Source: Amoebidium appalachense
Taxonomy: Eukaryota > Protista > Ichthyosporea
Assembly (NCBI GenBank): GCA_963693365.1
Contig: CAVNZM010000001.1
Span: forward strand, 16,115,840-16,179,839
DNA: 64,000 nucleotides
Direction of reading: 5' to 3'
The translations under genes and the position numbers were made by a program. Shown here one piece after another: positions 1-13,758 of this stretch (position 1 is the first letter of the stretch; every line of letters begins with the position of its first letter). Under the pieces are notes generated by a model that was not told the DNA's origin, made no database searches, and saw only the letters and a list, made by a program, of their open reading frames with translations.

Positions 1-360
1 TTTTTGGGGGGAAAAGTTCGTACAGGCAATATAGCCCACTCAGTTTATTTTTCCGCTAGTAATAAGCTTTTGATAAATATCCATTGTATGTTTTTTTTTT
101 TTTGTTTTTTTGTTTTGTTTGTTTTTACACCGACAGAAACAGAAACAGCTAACAACATAACACCGTAGAGTTATAAGACAATCTACAAACTAGCGAATCG
201 AACAGTTATGCATTGATTCCTGGCATGCTTAAGGTTGTGAGTGTGTGGGCATGTACTGTCTCGGCTTGTGCATGTCATAAAGTACTTGTGTGCATAGAGA
301 GTTCTAGTGCTTGTGTGTGTGTTTTGAAGGATTTATGGTGAGTTGGTGTCCGTGTGTGTG

Positions 361-488
<128 letters not shown>

Positions 489-1024
489 GTGGGTGGGTGG
501 GTGGGTGGGTGGTTGCGCGTGCATATTCATGTGTGTGCGGGTGCATCTGCATGCGTGTATGTTGCGGTGGTGTGTATATGTGTGTGTGCGCGCGAGTGTG
601 TCCGTGTTTCTACGACTGAGAGACCCGTCTGCAAAACATAAGGAATATGTAGATGCATATGTCTGCCAAAAGTATTTGCAGACACCCACACATACGTGTA
701 CTTGTCTCACGTCTGTGTGGTGTCTGTGTGTAGCTCTTGCTGTGCACACGCTGTTATTTACTCGAGGCAAAGAGAGACCAGTCTCAGGTATGGGGGGGGT
801 TTGCTCGGAATATCCCCTCACAATCATGTTATGTGAGTGCATGGGTGTGTGTGTATTTTCAATTATGTGTGGGCGAGCATTTACATGCAAGTATAACTGT
901 GCAATGTCCGTCTTGGTGCGTACATGCACGCAGATGCAGCTACTGTGTTTGACGATCCGCTCCTTTGACCACGCAAATTCAATCCATGACTTGCCTATAA
1001 CTTTTGCTCCTTTCTTCGGCACAT

Positions 1025-1060
<36 letters not shown>

Positions 1061-1138
1061 TTTTCGGCAGCACCTCTCTCCTCCGTCCACCCCAGCCTCC
1101 TCCTTCCCCTATTCTCATCTCCTCTCATCTCCCCATCC

Positions 1139-1169
<31 letters not shown>

Positions 1170-1267
1170 TAAATAATAATAAATAAAAAAAATACACACA
1201 TACACACGCACACACCAAAAAACATCAAAACACAAAAAAATGCCACCAGTATAGCCTCACCACCTAC

Positions 1268-1381
1268 CCTCTCCACGCCGCGCTTCCTTGACGCTTCATC
1301 CTGCGCGTACAGCCACGTCTGCACGTCAACCCATTCGTCCCCCGTAACCCACGCCACAACCCGCCCCTGTCTTTGTGCCAT
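1268..1381 (-). CDS. First coding exon of a probable LAS1/LAS1L-like pre-rRNA processing endonuclease; downstream exons not found, probably left of the window
   Basis: ATG at 1381; 38 codons MAQRQGRVVAWVTGDEWVDVQTWLYAQDEASRKRGVER end at a phase-0 donor AGG|gtaggt. The pattern R-V-V-x-W-x4-E-W-x2-V-x2-W-L-Y...R resembles the Las1 N-terminus (recalled, not searched). Confidence 0.55.
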
Positions 1382-1869
1382 AACTGATACCAGCACACTC
1401 TAATTACGCGTACTAAAATGAAAGCGAGATGTGACCACCAGCAGTGAAGTACTCAAGCGGCTGATCAGAACATGCGATTGTTTCTAGTAGGTCTTCGCTT
1501 GAGTAGATGCGTTAACATGCTACACAGGAAAAGTGAAGAATGTAATATTTGTAAGTTAATAAAAATAGTTTTATACGTTCACTACCTAGATTGACCGTTT
1601 CTTTTTGCCACATGCACCTTGCACTGTTTACTTTTCTCCATGGATGTGCACATCCGCACGTGTTTTTTTGAGACATTTCCGCTAACGGCCCCAAACCACA
1701 CGATTGGTCTAGCACGCACCGCGGTGTTTGCGCAAACGTTTTTTTCTCATTTTTGCATTTTTGCCTTTTCGCTGTGCACGTGGGTTTGGCCGCCGGGCCC
1801 TGGCGCCGGCCTGAGTGAGGTGAGCCACTATGGGCCTTAGTCTCTATAGCGCGCAAAAAACTTTTCGCG

Positions 1870-1902
<33 letters not shown>

Positions 1903-2172
1903 GAAAAAAAAATCCGAAACGGTGGCTCGAACCAGCTTGACGAGATGCGTCGATTGCCGCAATAAATTTTTTTGGCCAATTTCGGACCCCAATCAATTCG
2001 GGCCGGGTCGGGTCATCGCTTGGCCCGATTTGACCCGACCCGCCCCGACATGACCTGGCTCGCTGCCCGCCCCGGTACCGGTGCCTGCCTGGCCGGCTAT
2101 GTTCAAGCTGGGTGCGAAGATCTAGAGTGTGTGTGTGTGTTTAATCTACCACCTACTGAGGTGGTGTCTCCT

Positions 2173-2206
<34 letters not shown>

Positions 2207-2215
2207 AAAAGGGCC

Positions 2216-2380
2216 GCCTGAGTAGATGTTAAAACGTCGCACGTGCGGCGCCTGAGTAGATGTTAAAACGTCGCACGTGCGGCAACACGTCAGTACGTGT
2301 TAGGTGTTTTAATCACCGTTTGTCGAGGGGAGCCTCTGAGGTGTCTCACCGTTTGTCGAGGGGAGCCTCTGAGGTGTCTC
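2216..2380. repeat. Two short tandem duplications (34 bp x2 and 33 bp x2) inside the transposon
   Basis: GCCTGAGTAGATGTTAAAACGTCGCACGTGCGGC twice; TCACCGTTTGTCGAGGGGAGCCTCTGAGGTGTC twice. Confidence 0.85.
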
Positions 2381-2562
2381 TGGATGTCCCACACGAGTAT
2401 GCATGTGGCCTGCCTAACACGTTCCACACAAACCACGCACGAGCAAAGCCGCATGTGTTTGCAATTGTATGTAAAATAGACGTGGTGGGGAAGGGGGAGT
2501 GAGGAGGGGGGTGACTAAGTCTTGCTGATTACATGCAAAACATGTAACAATAAACGTGTATA

Positions 2563-3141
2563 GGAAAAGGGGCCAGACGGCAAAGAAAGGGTTGTGGGTG
2601 AAAGAGATGTTAAACTGGGGAAGGGAATGAAACAGGTTTTGGAAGAGAGAGGCTATGATGTTTCGCGTTTGATCATGCAATGTCCTGATCCACGTAGCCA
2701 AAACAACATAAATAATAAGGTTCCTAGACCCCCATGCACTGCAGACAAGTGTTGTGCTGCACGTATCCTAGATCTACAGCCTGATTTTGCAGAGCAAAAC
2801 CCTTGGTTGCAAGAGGTAATAGAAGAGGCCGGGCATGCATATGCATATTTTATCCTAAGTATCACTGTGAGCTTAACTACATAGAGTATTATTGGGGTGA
2901 ATCCAAGCGTATTCTTAGGCTTAAGGTGTCTTATAAAATAGCTGAGCTGCGGGAGGCAGTGCCTGCTGCTTTAGATGGCATACCAGTGTCTCTGATTCGT
3001 AAATATGCGCGTAGGGCTTTTCGTTTTATGGATGCTTACACACGTGGGCTTACTGGCCTTGCTGCAGCCTATGCTGCAAAGAAATACAAGGGGCATAGAC
3101 GGGTGTTTAGTCAAGTCCTCTTGGAGGTTGGTGGGGAGTAA
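2563..3141 (+). pseudogene. Frameshifted C-terminal fragment of a DDE transposase (IS630/Tc1-like)
   Basis: KGMKQVLEERG...CCAARILDLQPDF...EAGH then CIFYPKYHCELNYIEYYWG...AAKKYKGHRR. The frameshift at ~2837 is not in a homopolymer. The N-terminal DNA-binding region and first catalytic Asps are absent. Confidence 0.8.
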
Positions 3142-3246
3142 AGTTGGGTGTGCCGTGTGGGCCCGGTGTCTCTGTTCTCAATCGTGCCAAAGTGGGGATT
3201 AACCCGAACACAGCACATTCCCTTCTGGCCATTAGTCACACCGTCA

Positions 3247-3304
<58 letters not shown>

Positions 3305-3320
3305 ATGGTACAGACATTTT

Positions 3321-3359
<39 letters not shown>

Positions 3360-3411
3360 CCAGTGTACACACGTGCACACGCACACACAAACACACACAC
3401 ACATACATGTA

Positions 3412-3482
<71 letters not shown>

Positions 3483-4975
3483 GCGCGTGCGCGCGCGCGC
3501 GGGTCCGTTGGCCGTGGTCCGTAGTGCACGGCCACATGATGCACCTTAGTGGTCGCAAACTAAATTTCATGGTGGGGGTTCAAGCTGGGGGGGTCCGATC
3601 GGAAAAGTGTTAATATCTCGAGAACGGAAAACTTTTTTGAAAATCTGATTCCGGAGACTGACCCTGGCTTGGCGAGCTGAGCATTTTGCACCCCATATTG
3701 ATGGGTCTAATACCCCTCCTTCTATGTGTTACGGTTGAACGGCCAATTTTGGGCCTACATATGAAAAATTTAATTTTCAACACAAATTTTCACCATGTTT
3801 TTGCTGTCAGAGAAAAAAAGTAACCGGGCACTTTTAAAGTGCACATCATTAGCTCCCTTTCCACGTTGAAATTTCCCGAATATCATGCTCCATTCTCATA
3901 CCACGATCGCTCAAAAAGGGGGGATTTTGGACCGATCGATTTGCGAGCTATAGAGGCTAAGGCCCATACTAAGCCTGATTTCCCGGAAAGGGCTAAGCCT
4001 GCGCAGGCACACAACTCTGCACACAACAACATGCACTCTCGTACTGCATACATCAAACAAACGAAGGGAATAGAGGCGATTGCGTCTATGGTTACATCAA
4101 TAGCGTGAACTTTGCTGCTAGACACCTTACGGAGACCAACTAACTCCCGTGTGGTGATCATTTCGGCACAGACGGAGTCCGACATGCACTACTACTGGTA
4201 GTCACCGCCAATCTTTTGACTGTGCAACCTGTCCATTGGTGAAGCAGCACGCATCAAGCAACATAGAAACAAACAGGTGAGGCCTATTTTTTTGGTGCAC
4301 GTTTGTCCTGGCTTTACAGGACAGATTAACTTCAGCTTTACGAGAGGGTGCACCAGCCCTAGCATCTCCCTCCTTCCGCAGCTGCTTACCACCAACTTAC
4401 CACCCTCACCACCCGCTTAACGTCCTCGTTGACAGCGTTATTGCAACTAACTTGTTCTCTTGTTGACAGGGCTTTCGCCATTACGCTCGAAATACCATTT
4501 TACTTAACATATTCTCTGCCATTCCTCTCGTTTATCAACCCCATAACGGCGTTTTCACTTCTTCCCACTCTCCAGTGGTGGCCCCCTTCCCCCCCCCCCC
4601 CCCCCCCCCCCTCCCCTCCCGTCCCACTTCCATCCCAGTTATTCTCTCCCTTTTAATGTTTTTTTGAATGACAGCCTCGTTCTGGGTCACAATAGTGTAC
4701 CCTCTCCTCCCTCCTTCTCTCTTTCTCGTCAGGCCATCCCTCTGCCACCTTACACACTTAAACCCCGCCCCCATCCCCCCCCCCCCCTCCTCCCCCCCCC
4801 CCCCCCCCTTTCCCAAATTAATAAAACAGAAGCGATACACACGTATCATACAGGGCTACCTCCAACCAGTCGTTCTCTTACTTTACTCCCGCCTGCCAAC
4901 CACTTCCTCCGTCTCCCCCCCCCTCTCCCTTCCCTCCCTCCCTTCCTCCCTCCCTCCCTCCCTCTCTCTCTCTCC

Positions 4976-5078
<103 letters not shown>

Positions 5079-5307
5079 TGTACATTAATGTATTATCCCT
5101 CCCCCCCCCCCCTCCCCCCCCCCATCCCCTTCACCCCTCTTTTCCTTCTTCCCTCCTTCTCTTTTTTGCTCCCTCTCCCTCCCTCCCTCCGTTCTCTCCC
5201 TCACTCCTCCCTCCCTCCCCTCCCTCCATCCCTCCCTCCCTCCCTCCCTCCCTCCCTCCCTCCCTCCCTCTCTCCTTCTTTACCAGCTGGTCGATCGTCA
5301 CAACACC

Positions 5308-6675
5308 ATGATGCTGTGGGCCACATCTGGACCCGTTTTCAAGGCCTGGGCTAATAAGGTATGTCTTCCAGAGTGTGGTATTGAGGCGATATTTTTCGTA
5401 TGAACTCACAAGAAGAGGCAAGATTTGGGCACCCATTATGTAGTTTGGGAAATCATAATGGAGCATATTGGAGGATTTTCCAAGCTAGATGTAGTGTAGG
5501 AGATACTAGATTCGATTGGGCAACGGCCCGCTTCCACACGATTGATTACCTCAAAATATTAAAGAGAAAGCAATTGGGCACTGGGAAGGAATTAAGCAGG
5601 AATTTTGGCAGCGGGGCCCCGACATCTAATTCAGGCCTAGGAATAAGTGAGTGATTACACCGCCTCGCGCGGGGAGGGGGGAGGGGGGGGGGGAGGGGAG
5701 GGAGGGGGGGGGGGGGGTTGTCATATGCCCATTCTTAACATCACGGTTTGGTGTCTGCAGGGAGCCCAACGAGTGTTCTTTCCTGTCATAAACACCACCA
5801 GAGAATGGGGGACATAGGCTTGGGCGGGCTCTGGGATATTTGTACGGAATGTTTCTACCGCGACAAAGGGGCAGGCAAGTCGGTATTCATCCAAGTATGT
5901 GGGTGTGCGGCGGGGAGAAACCAAGTCGAGGGCTGTATGGGTTAGTCGTGCTTGCTGGAAACATATTGGGCAGTATGATTCTGAAGAGGCTGCAGCCCGG
6001 GCCTACGACACGGCCGTCAATCTGCTGGTGCGGCAAGGTGATATGGTGCCATGGATGTTGAAAAGAACCAATGTCGAAATGGGACTTTTGCCGGAGTTCA
6101 AACCGACACAGGCAGAAGTTAGAGATATCAGGCAAAGACTCGGATACAGGATTGCAACACGTCCAAAGACTTCGCTATACCGCTATGTTTATCGGCATAA
6201 AGTGAACGGCAAATTCTGCCACTGGAAGGCGTGCATGGAATTGGAAGGCAAAAAAATTCAGATTGGCAGCTTCAAGACCGAGGTAGCTGCGGCCTTGGCT
6301 GTGGACGACTTCGTGCGGCGATTGTCGATTCCTAAGCGGGGAAAATTGCTGCGGCTGAATTTCACGAGGAAGTCGGACTACCTTTCTACTTGGGAGGCAC
6401 GCAAGAATGGCTGTATAGGTGTGACGTTGCAATTGACTTCCAATTTGCATCAGGCCAGGAAGAAGCCGTATCGAGTGGGTGTGTTATTGAATCACGGTAT
6501 AAACCGGGTATGCAGCATTGGGTACTATAGCACGCTTTTTGAGGCTGCACGTGCACACGACCAGTTTGTGCTCGACAGGTGGGCCCAGAGGCCAGAGCCC
6601 CGCGGGCCACTGCCGCCCACAAATTTCAGCCCTACACAATACGGATACGATCTAGTAAAGCCACCTAAAGACTGA
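5308..6675 (+). CDS. Protein with three AP2/ERF-like domains; exon 1 5308-5358, exon 2 5818-6675 (alternative acceptor at 5760)
   Basis: AP2 motifs SKYVGVRR...HIGQYDSEEAAARAYD, SLYRYVYR...QIGSFKTEVAAALAVD and IGVT...SIGYYSTLFEAARAHD. Exon 1 MMLWATSGPVFKAWANK ends AAG|gtatgt, in phase with exon 2. Exon 1 linkage is inferred. Confidence 0.8.
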
Positions 6676-7781
6676 TCTGCATTTGTGTAGGCAGCATTAA
6701 TATACCATTGTCTGCATCGCTACGGTCATGCAACTTTGTAGTGTTTGAGATTAACAAATCCGATATTCAAGATAGCGTTGAAACCCATTGCTTTGCCTTC
6801 TTGTCTTTTTTCGTGGTTTCAACTAAGTCTTGCTTGAGCGGTCCGATTCCGTTTGATATGAGTGCCTCGGCGCACGGTGACCCAGATAGCTACGATATAA
6901 GGCAAATTTTCAAACATGTAGGCGCTCACACATACACATGTGCCCCGTTAAGTTACAGCTGTACACATATATGATACGCTCTCACACAAGCTCAAAACTT
7001 CGGCATGAATGTACCTATGTACACAAACACACAAAGCCTGGATTGCCCGTTACGCGTGGTAGACATGTGTACGTATTGTGCAACCACGTGTATATGGATG
7101 ATGTACCTACTACGTAGTGCTATATGTACCAGCAGTCCATCCCGCTTGGATATCTGGGAGATATACACGAATATTTCAAAAAGGAATTTAACTGCCGCTA
7201 TCATTATTTATACTCAAGCTTCCAGCTGGCCTGGGGCGTTACTTGGAAATTTCACAGAACAACCAGTTTGTATGTCTGAGCCGGTATATCTCGATCTACA
7301 TAATAAATATTACGGCATGCCGTCATATGCATTTATACATCGTGCAACCAGTCATGCGACCATATATGGCATATTCACTTGTGGTACGGTGGCTTTTAAT
7401 AGTTCTAGACTTGATCCGATCGGAGTGAAGACTAAAGAACACATTCCTAACACACACGTGCACGCATAAGCATACACAAACACACACATCCACCCACCCA
7501 GCCACAGCCTGGCACCCCCCCACACCCGTACACCCACACCCACCCACCCACACACACACACACACACGGCCACACGTGTGTACACCTTTCTCCCCAACGG
7601 CATGGCCCGCCCACGCATGCATACACCCACCGTGCCCCCCCCCCCCTTTCTCCCCCTCTCGTCCTTCTTGTCCCCCCCCCCCCCCCCCTCCCTCCCTCCC
7701 CATCACCACCAACACCACCACACCCACACCCACACACACACACACACGCACGCACACACACTGTACAGGACTCCATCAATG

Positions 7782-7822
<41 letters not shown>

Positions 7823-8154
7823 GGCCCCCCCCAATTGCAACACAACCCCTTTCCTCCACACACACACCCACACACACACACACATCTGTACACACACACA
7901 CACACATCTGTATACACACACGCCCACACACATCTGTACACACACACAATCAATTGGACCATATTCGTGCGCTGGCACACACCTCATAGCCACCGACATG
8001 CATATGGTATCCAAACAGGTCCACCAGAGGGCGGCGTGGTGTTGTGCACTTTGGGTGCAAGAAAGTTGTGCATCTGAGTCACAAGCGCTAGCCTAGACGT
8101 GATACTTATTTTACCTGCACAATCCTTCACGTTAGGAAAACCGAAGTTTCCGAT

Positions 8155-8741
8155 TTATTTCAAACCGTCTGCATCATTAACATACAGACAACTGTTGATT
8201 GGTTCTTCATTCTGGTACACTGTAAATTTGAATTGGCCATAATTAGAATACACCTTCATCTTGGTGAGTCTTTTGACACTGCCCAACGTTGAACATACAG
8301 TAAACGTGTATGTGATAAATGGTGCATGTGTCGTGCATTCATACACATCGAGCTATCAAACCACAACAGTGGTATTTCATCCACGAGAGCGTGCAAGCTC
8401 GAGCACATGCCCCCGCCACATTGGCCAGCCAGCCTCCTATCTATCTAATCCAAAAAAAAAAAAGAAAGAAAGAAAGGAAAAAAAGATTTAGGAAACAATA
8501 AAAAAGAAACCAAAAAAAAAATAAGAAACATCAAAAAGAAACAAAACTTCAGGAATTAAAGAGTCCCTGGAGCACCCTTACAGTAACGACGTCACAACCA
8601 ACCCAGACCATGTAGGGCCATTCTCCGTCTTTGACCGTTTGTTGGTGCCTTCGCCGGTCGCAGCCGTTTCTGCAGGCGTGGGGCTGTGTGTGTTTGCGGG
8701 TGTGTTTAAAATGGTTATGTGTACGTGTGTACGTGTGTACG

Positions 8742-8772
<31 letters not shown>

Positions 8773-8774
8773 AT

Positions 8775-8816
<42 letters not shown>

Positions 8817-9434
8817 CATTCTGCACATGTGCTCGTGTGGAATGATGTCTGGCTGCAGTCATATCAGTTTGGTCCAACAGTGCTTGCTCATGCGTGGTGT
8901 GTGTGTTTGCCGTTGCATGTGTGTGTGCGTGCATGTGTGCATGAAGTTGTGTGTGTGTGGGGGGGTGGGGGGAGAAGGGGGAGGGAGGGGGGGGGGGGGG
9001 GGGGGGGAGAAGGGGAGGGAGGGGGGCAAGCATGCAGGGCGCAACATTGAAGTATGTGCAGTAACAGCGCACAAGGTGTCAAACATGCATGGACACGAAA
9101 GCGTAACAGCACAAACATGCGGAAAAGGGGGGGGGGGGGGGGGGGGGGGGGGGAGGGGGGGGGGGGGGGGGGGGGGGGATAATACCTGGAGGGGCGCTTT
9201 TGAGTTGGGACTGTGGCAATGTCGTTGGCGTGTCCAGTGGCTGTACACAGAGGTTAGTGCTGTCGGGGCTTCTACAAGTCCTCCGTTATCTTTCCCGTTT
9301 TTTTTCTTCCCTCCTCCCCCCTCCCCCCCCCCCCCCTCCCCTCTCTCTCTCTCTCTCGTTCTCTCTCTCTCTCTCTCTCCCCCCCCCTCCCTCCCTCCCT
9401 CCCTCCCTCCCCCCTCCCCTCCCCCCCCCCCCCC

Positions 9435-9467
<33 letters not shown>

Positions 9468-10311
9468 TTTTTTTGCGGGGGCGGGGGGGAGGGGGGGGGA
9501 GGGGGGGAGGATCCAGGTTACATCTAAACACAACGACAAGCAAGGCGCAACAATAAAATCGACAATGTATGTGTGTTTGTGTGTGTGTTTGTGTGTGTGT
9601 GTTTGTGCATGTGCGCATGTGTGTGTGGTTTTTTTTGTTGGGGGGGGGGTAACCCGCCTGCACGTGCATACATGAGGGTGTCGAGGGAGGCAGGCAGAGA
9701 CAGGGAGGGGTGGGGGTTGGCTGGCAGACTGCCCACAGCACACAGCAGCCACTGCGCCCCTGGAATGCGCTGGTACGTGCGCCCAGGCAGGGGGGGGGGT
9801 GCCTGCAGGTGTGGGAGTGAGTTTCCGATGAGGAGGAGGGGGGGGGGGGGGGAGAGAGGTGGGAGGGAGAAGGGGAATGGAGGGGGGGGGGGGGGGGGGG
9901 TGGAATGGGATGAAGTGATGAGTGAGTGCTAGGATTGTAGATGGTTTGGTTTGGTGGGTGGGTATGTGAAAGTTGGTGTGTGGGTAGATACTGCAAGTAG
10001 AGCGGGCCATTTTCCTTTTTTTTCCGTAGTGAGAGCACGCAACACATGTATTTGCACAATCACGTGTGTGTGATGGCTGCCAACAAGTCCCACACACTCT
10101 CTTATTGCAACCACTTGCCAAATCAGGCCACCTTCCATATTAGGCAACATACCTCCCCCTCTGTGCCCACCAGTGCCCACATGTCTGCCTCGGGCACCTC
10201 CGCTGCCCCCTCCACATTCTGCAAACATCACCGTCAGATACAGGCACCCCCCCCCCCCCCCCCTTCCCCCCCCCTCCCCCCCCCTCCCCCTACCCCCTCC
10301 CCCTCCCCCCC

Positions 10312-10354
<43 letters not shown>

Positions 10355-10682
10355 ACCACCACCACCACCAACACCACCAAACACACCGCCACCTACATAA
10401 ACGTCCACATCTACATGGACAGGGACAAACTCATATGGGAACACGTATGCACAGGCACGGACAGACACGTCACCACCTTTATTTCTTGAATGTGCAAAAC
10501 AAACACACATGCGAACAGTTTTCAATTGCTTGCAGGTGGTGCAGTGTCCTTCTGGAAATGGGCGTATGGTGATTTCCCCCCAAGGTAGGGGAGTCAACCA
10601 TACCCATGTCTTTTTCTCCGAGCCTGGCTGCGTTGTGGATGAAACATGCCCACACGGTACCACTAGGGTGGAACCCCCACCC
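8155..10682 (-). CDS. Possible multi-exon gene of unknown function (candidate exons ~10477-10681, ~9985-10245, ~9186-9290, ~8578-8690, ~8155-8300)
   Basis: Islands of non-repetitive open sequence between microsatellites, some with minus-strand AG/GT boundaries (ttgcag|GGT...AAAG|gtggtg; CCAG|gtatta). Cys-rich peptides, no recognisable family. Confidence 0.25.
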
Positions 10683-10812
10683 TGCAATTTTTGGTTTGGT
10701 CATGTGTCTAAAACCATATGGCCACCCATCTACAAAGAAACTCTTTCAAAGAAACTCTTTCTGTCCCAAGTTGCCGTGGGAAGAGTGTTTATCAACACCC
10801 TTCCCCCCCCCC

Positions 10813-10876
<64 letters not shown>

Positions 10877-11415
10877 AAAAAAAAAAAGGACGCACCGGCA
10901 AAAACACAAACACATACACACACACACCCACACACCCACTCTCAACCTCTCTTTCTCGTGCACACACACACGTGCAGACACACACACACACACACACAAA
11001 GATGCACACACACGTGCACACACACACACACGCACACACGCAATTAAATCACACACGCGCGCGCACACACACTTGCACACCAGACACACACCATGATATA
11101 CACCCATATACACACCGCCCACCCACACACACCGTAGATCTACGTAGACTACACGTGCACGCACCGTTATTGTGACACACATACACACACAAACACACGC
11201 ACAGACACTGTGACACACAGCACGCACTTCAACACAAGCACATGCATAAAAACGTTTTTTGCGAGAGGGGCATGGCCTCTGGCCCCTTTTTAGCAGACGG
11301 GAGCCCCGCATTTGGCTGCCAGTATCTTTAGTGTATTTGTATCGTCTGCTTTGTGTTGTCCGCGGCAAATGTGTGCTACCAATATGCTCTATAACATCTT
11401 TTACCGACCTCCTCC

Positions 11416-11451
<36 letters not shown>

Positions 11452-11573
11452 CCCGCCCCTCGCCGCCCCTCTCAAATCCTTTCCCCACCTCCCCCCTCCT
11501 TCTGAGTCACCCTATTCCTTTACACAAGTAAATTGTATATGTTAGTGCACGTGCACACGTGTGTGCATGCATG

Positions 11574-11636
<63 letters not shown>

Positions 11637-12153
11637 ACACACACACGCACACACACATACACATGCAACGGCCATGATATTTCTAAACGGAATGAGTCAA
11701 TGGGGGCAAGGTTGTCGTGCTCGCCGTGCAGTGTTCGTGAGTGTATCTGTGTGACGGGGAATGTATGTGTGTGTGGTGTGGTCATAGCTGGTCAAAGTTT
11801 GTGCACCTCGTGTGCGCATGTGGTACATGTGTGTGCAGACACGTGTCGATTAATACGTGTGAGAGTGTGTGCGTGTGTACGCGCGCGGTTGGGCGACTGG
11901 AGACGAGTGCGAGAATGGGGGGGGGGGAGGGGGGAGGAGGGGGGGGGGGGGAGGGGGGGACCGTACGGCATATAGCCTGAAAATTTGAGGTTATCAAGGA
12001 CTCCTATTAGTCGACCCCAAAGTTTACCTTTTGGCAATACATGTAAACCGCTGCTCAGCTGTTACTATTATGTTATCTGATATCTATGGGGTAGGTGGGT
12101 CCCCCCTTGGGGGGGGAAGGACCGAACTCCTCAGGTGGTGGTGCCCCTCCCTC

Positions 12154-12187
<34 letters not shown>

Positions 12188-12485
12188 TACCTAGGGGGGG
12201 GGGGGGGGAGGGGCGGGGGCTGTGCTTAAGTAATATGCGTGTGTTTCAGCATGTCACGCTGCTCACCGTGAGTGGAAGGGGGACCGGAGAGGAGGAGGGG
12301 CGGGTGTCCGTGTAAAACTGTTCGTTACACCTGTATTTTCCAGTAAAAGCACACATTGAGCACCATATGTGATGGCTGTGTATTGTTCCAAGCATTCTAG
12401 TAGACACCTACTGGGGTGAAGGCACATACTTAGCAGCCAGAGACTAAATAGCACATCTGCAGCTTCGAAAGGATGAGTATATGGG

Positions 12486-12526
<41 letters not shown>

Positions 12527-13758
12527 CTGGTTCTAAAATATTCTAAAATATCCACCAAGGTTGATAGGATATAATGTCATATAAATGTTGAGGGAAGAAA
12601 TGGCGCCATCTATTTTATTTTCATTTCTGATCATCTCAGTCACCCCCTGTACCCATTACTATTGTTCTGCTCCCCAAAAAGCGCTAACAGAAAATGCTTG
12701 TACGGCTCATTCAAATCAAGAATAACTTAGGACGTGATAGTGATAGTACAGTAATTACCGTAGCATCCCGGCTTTCTCCTCATTCAGGTAGTAATTGCAA
12801 CCCACAAGGCTTAGACTATCTAGAATGCAAATCACGTGTATTGTTGAAGCCTGTTGTACACACATAGATGGATCTAGAAAATCCGGCCCTTTCTGTTTTT
12901 AAAGAAGCCTTAAACTATACGGGATCACATGCTTAATTAGTTATTTAAGAGCGGGCTGGCTATAGCTATCCTCGTTACCAGAGTCCTTTCATGCCTTTTC
13001 TCGCTTTTCAAAGGATAATGTAGGGAATACAGCAGATCTGGACTTTGGGGTCATGATCATATGAAAAGGGGAAAAATGACCAGTGGGAGAAAAGCAGACA
13101 CAGTGAGATCACATTATAACTTCAAGCTGTACTCGTGCTAAGCTGAAGTGCACACACATATCTACATGGGACGTCACTTGAATAAAGCGCACGTGCAAAG
13201 AAAAGCCTGTTGCCTGCAAGCACACACAGGCATCAGATGCATGTGCAAATCAGTCGTTTCGAATTCAATTTGAAAACACTTTGAGCGCAATACGAAGTAC
13301 TTGGTTTTATTTTTGATTCACCGTCAGAGCCTGCAGCTGCTGCAGTAAGCTCAAGGAAAACAGTGGATTGTAACGGCGTAAACTTTAAAATGAACACAGT
13401 GTCACGTTTTTTCAGTATCCCAAGTTAGGAAAGCGTGTTCCAGGTTCGGATTATTTACCATTTAACTCCAGGAACAGCAAACGTTCAAAGTTATGTACAA
13501 GCATGTTCTCTGTACAGGCAAGGTGATGGTAGTGATAGGGTCGGCCTCCAAATTCGAGACACCTGTGCGGGGAGGAGGGGACCGGGAAAAAAAAAAAAGA
13601 AAAAAAAAAAAGGGGGGGGGGGGGGGGGTTTGAATAAATAGCATATATACTGGTGGAAGTTGAAATTAAAAGTGCGTACACAACAACAACAACAAAAAAA
13701 AAAAACCCATATGAAGACGGGTATTTAATCGTGCTTTAAAGGCAACTTGACACACAAA

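Larger units (their letters stand above)
1831..3966 (+). mobile_element. Non-autonomous IS630-Tc1-mariner superfamily DNA transposon, 2136 bp, with 27-bp TIRs and TA target duplication
   Basis: Left TIR TGGGCCTTAGTCTCTATAGCGCGCAAA (1831-1857) matches the reverse complement of 3940-3966 with 2 mismatches. TA at 1829-30 and 3967-68. Encloses a transposase C-terminal remnant. Confidence 0.85.

Noticed and set aside
5815-5817. In-frame TAG as evidence of stop-codon reassignment
   Set aside because: TAG ends the glucokinase-like (33899) and ankyrin (50727) genes at sensible positions, no other conserved exon has in-frame TAR, and an alternative acceptor explains it.
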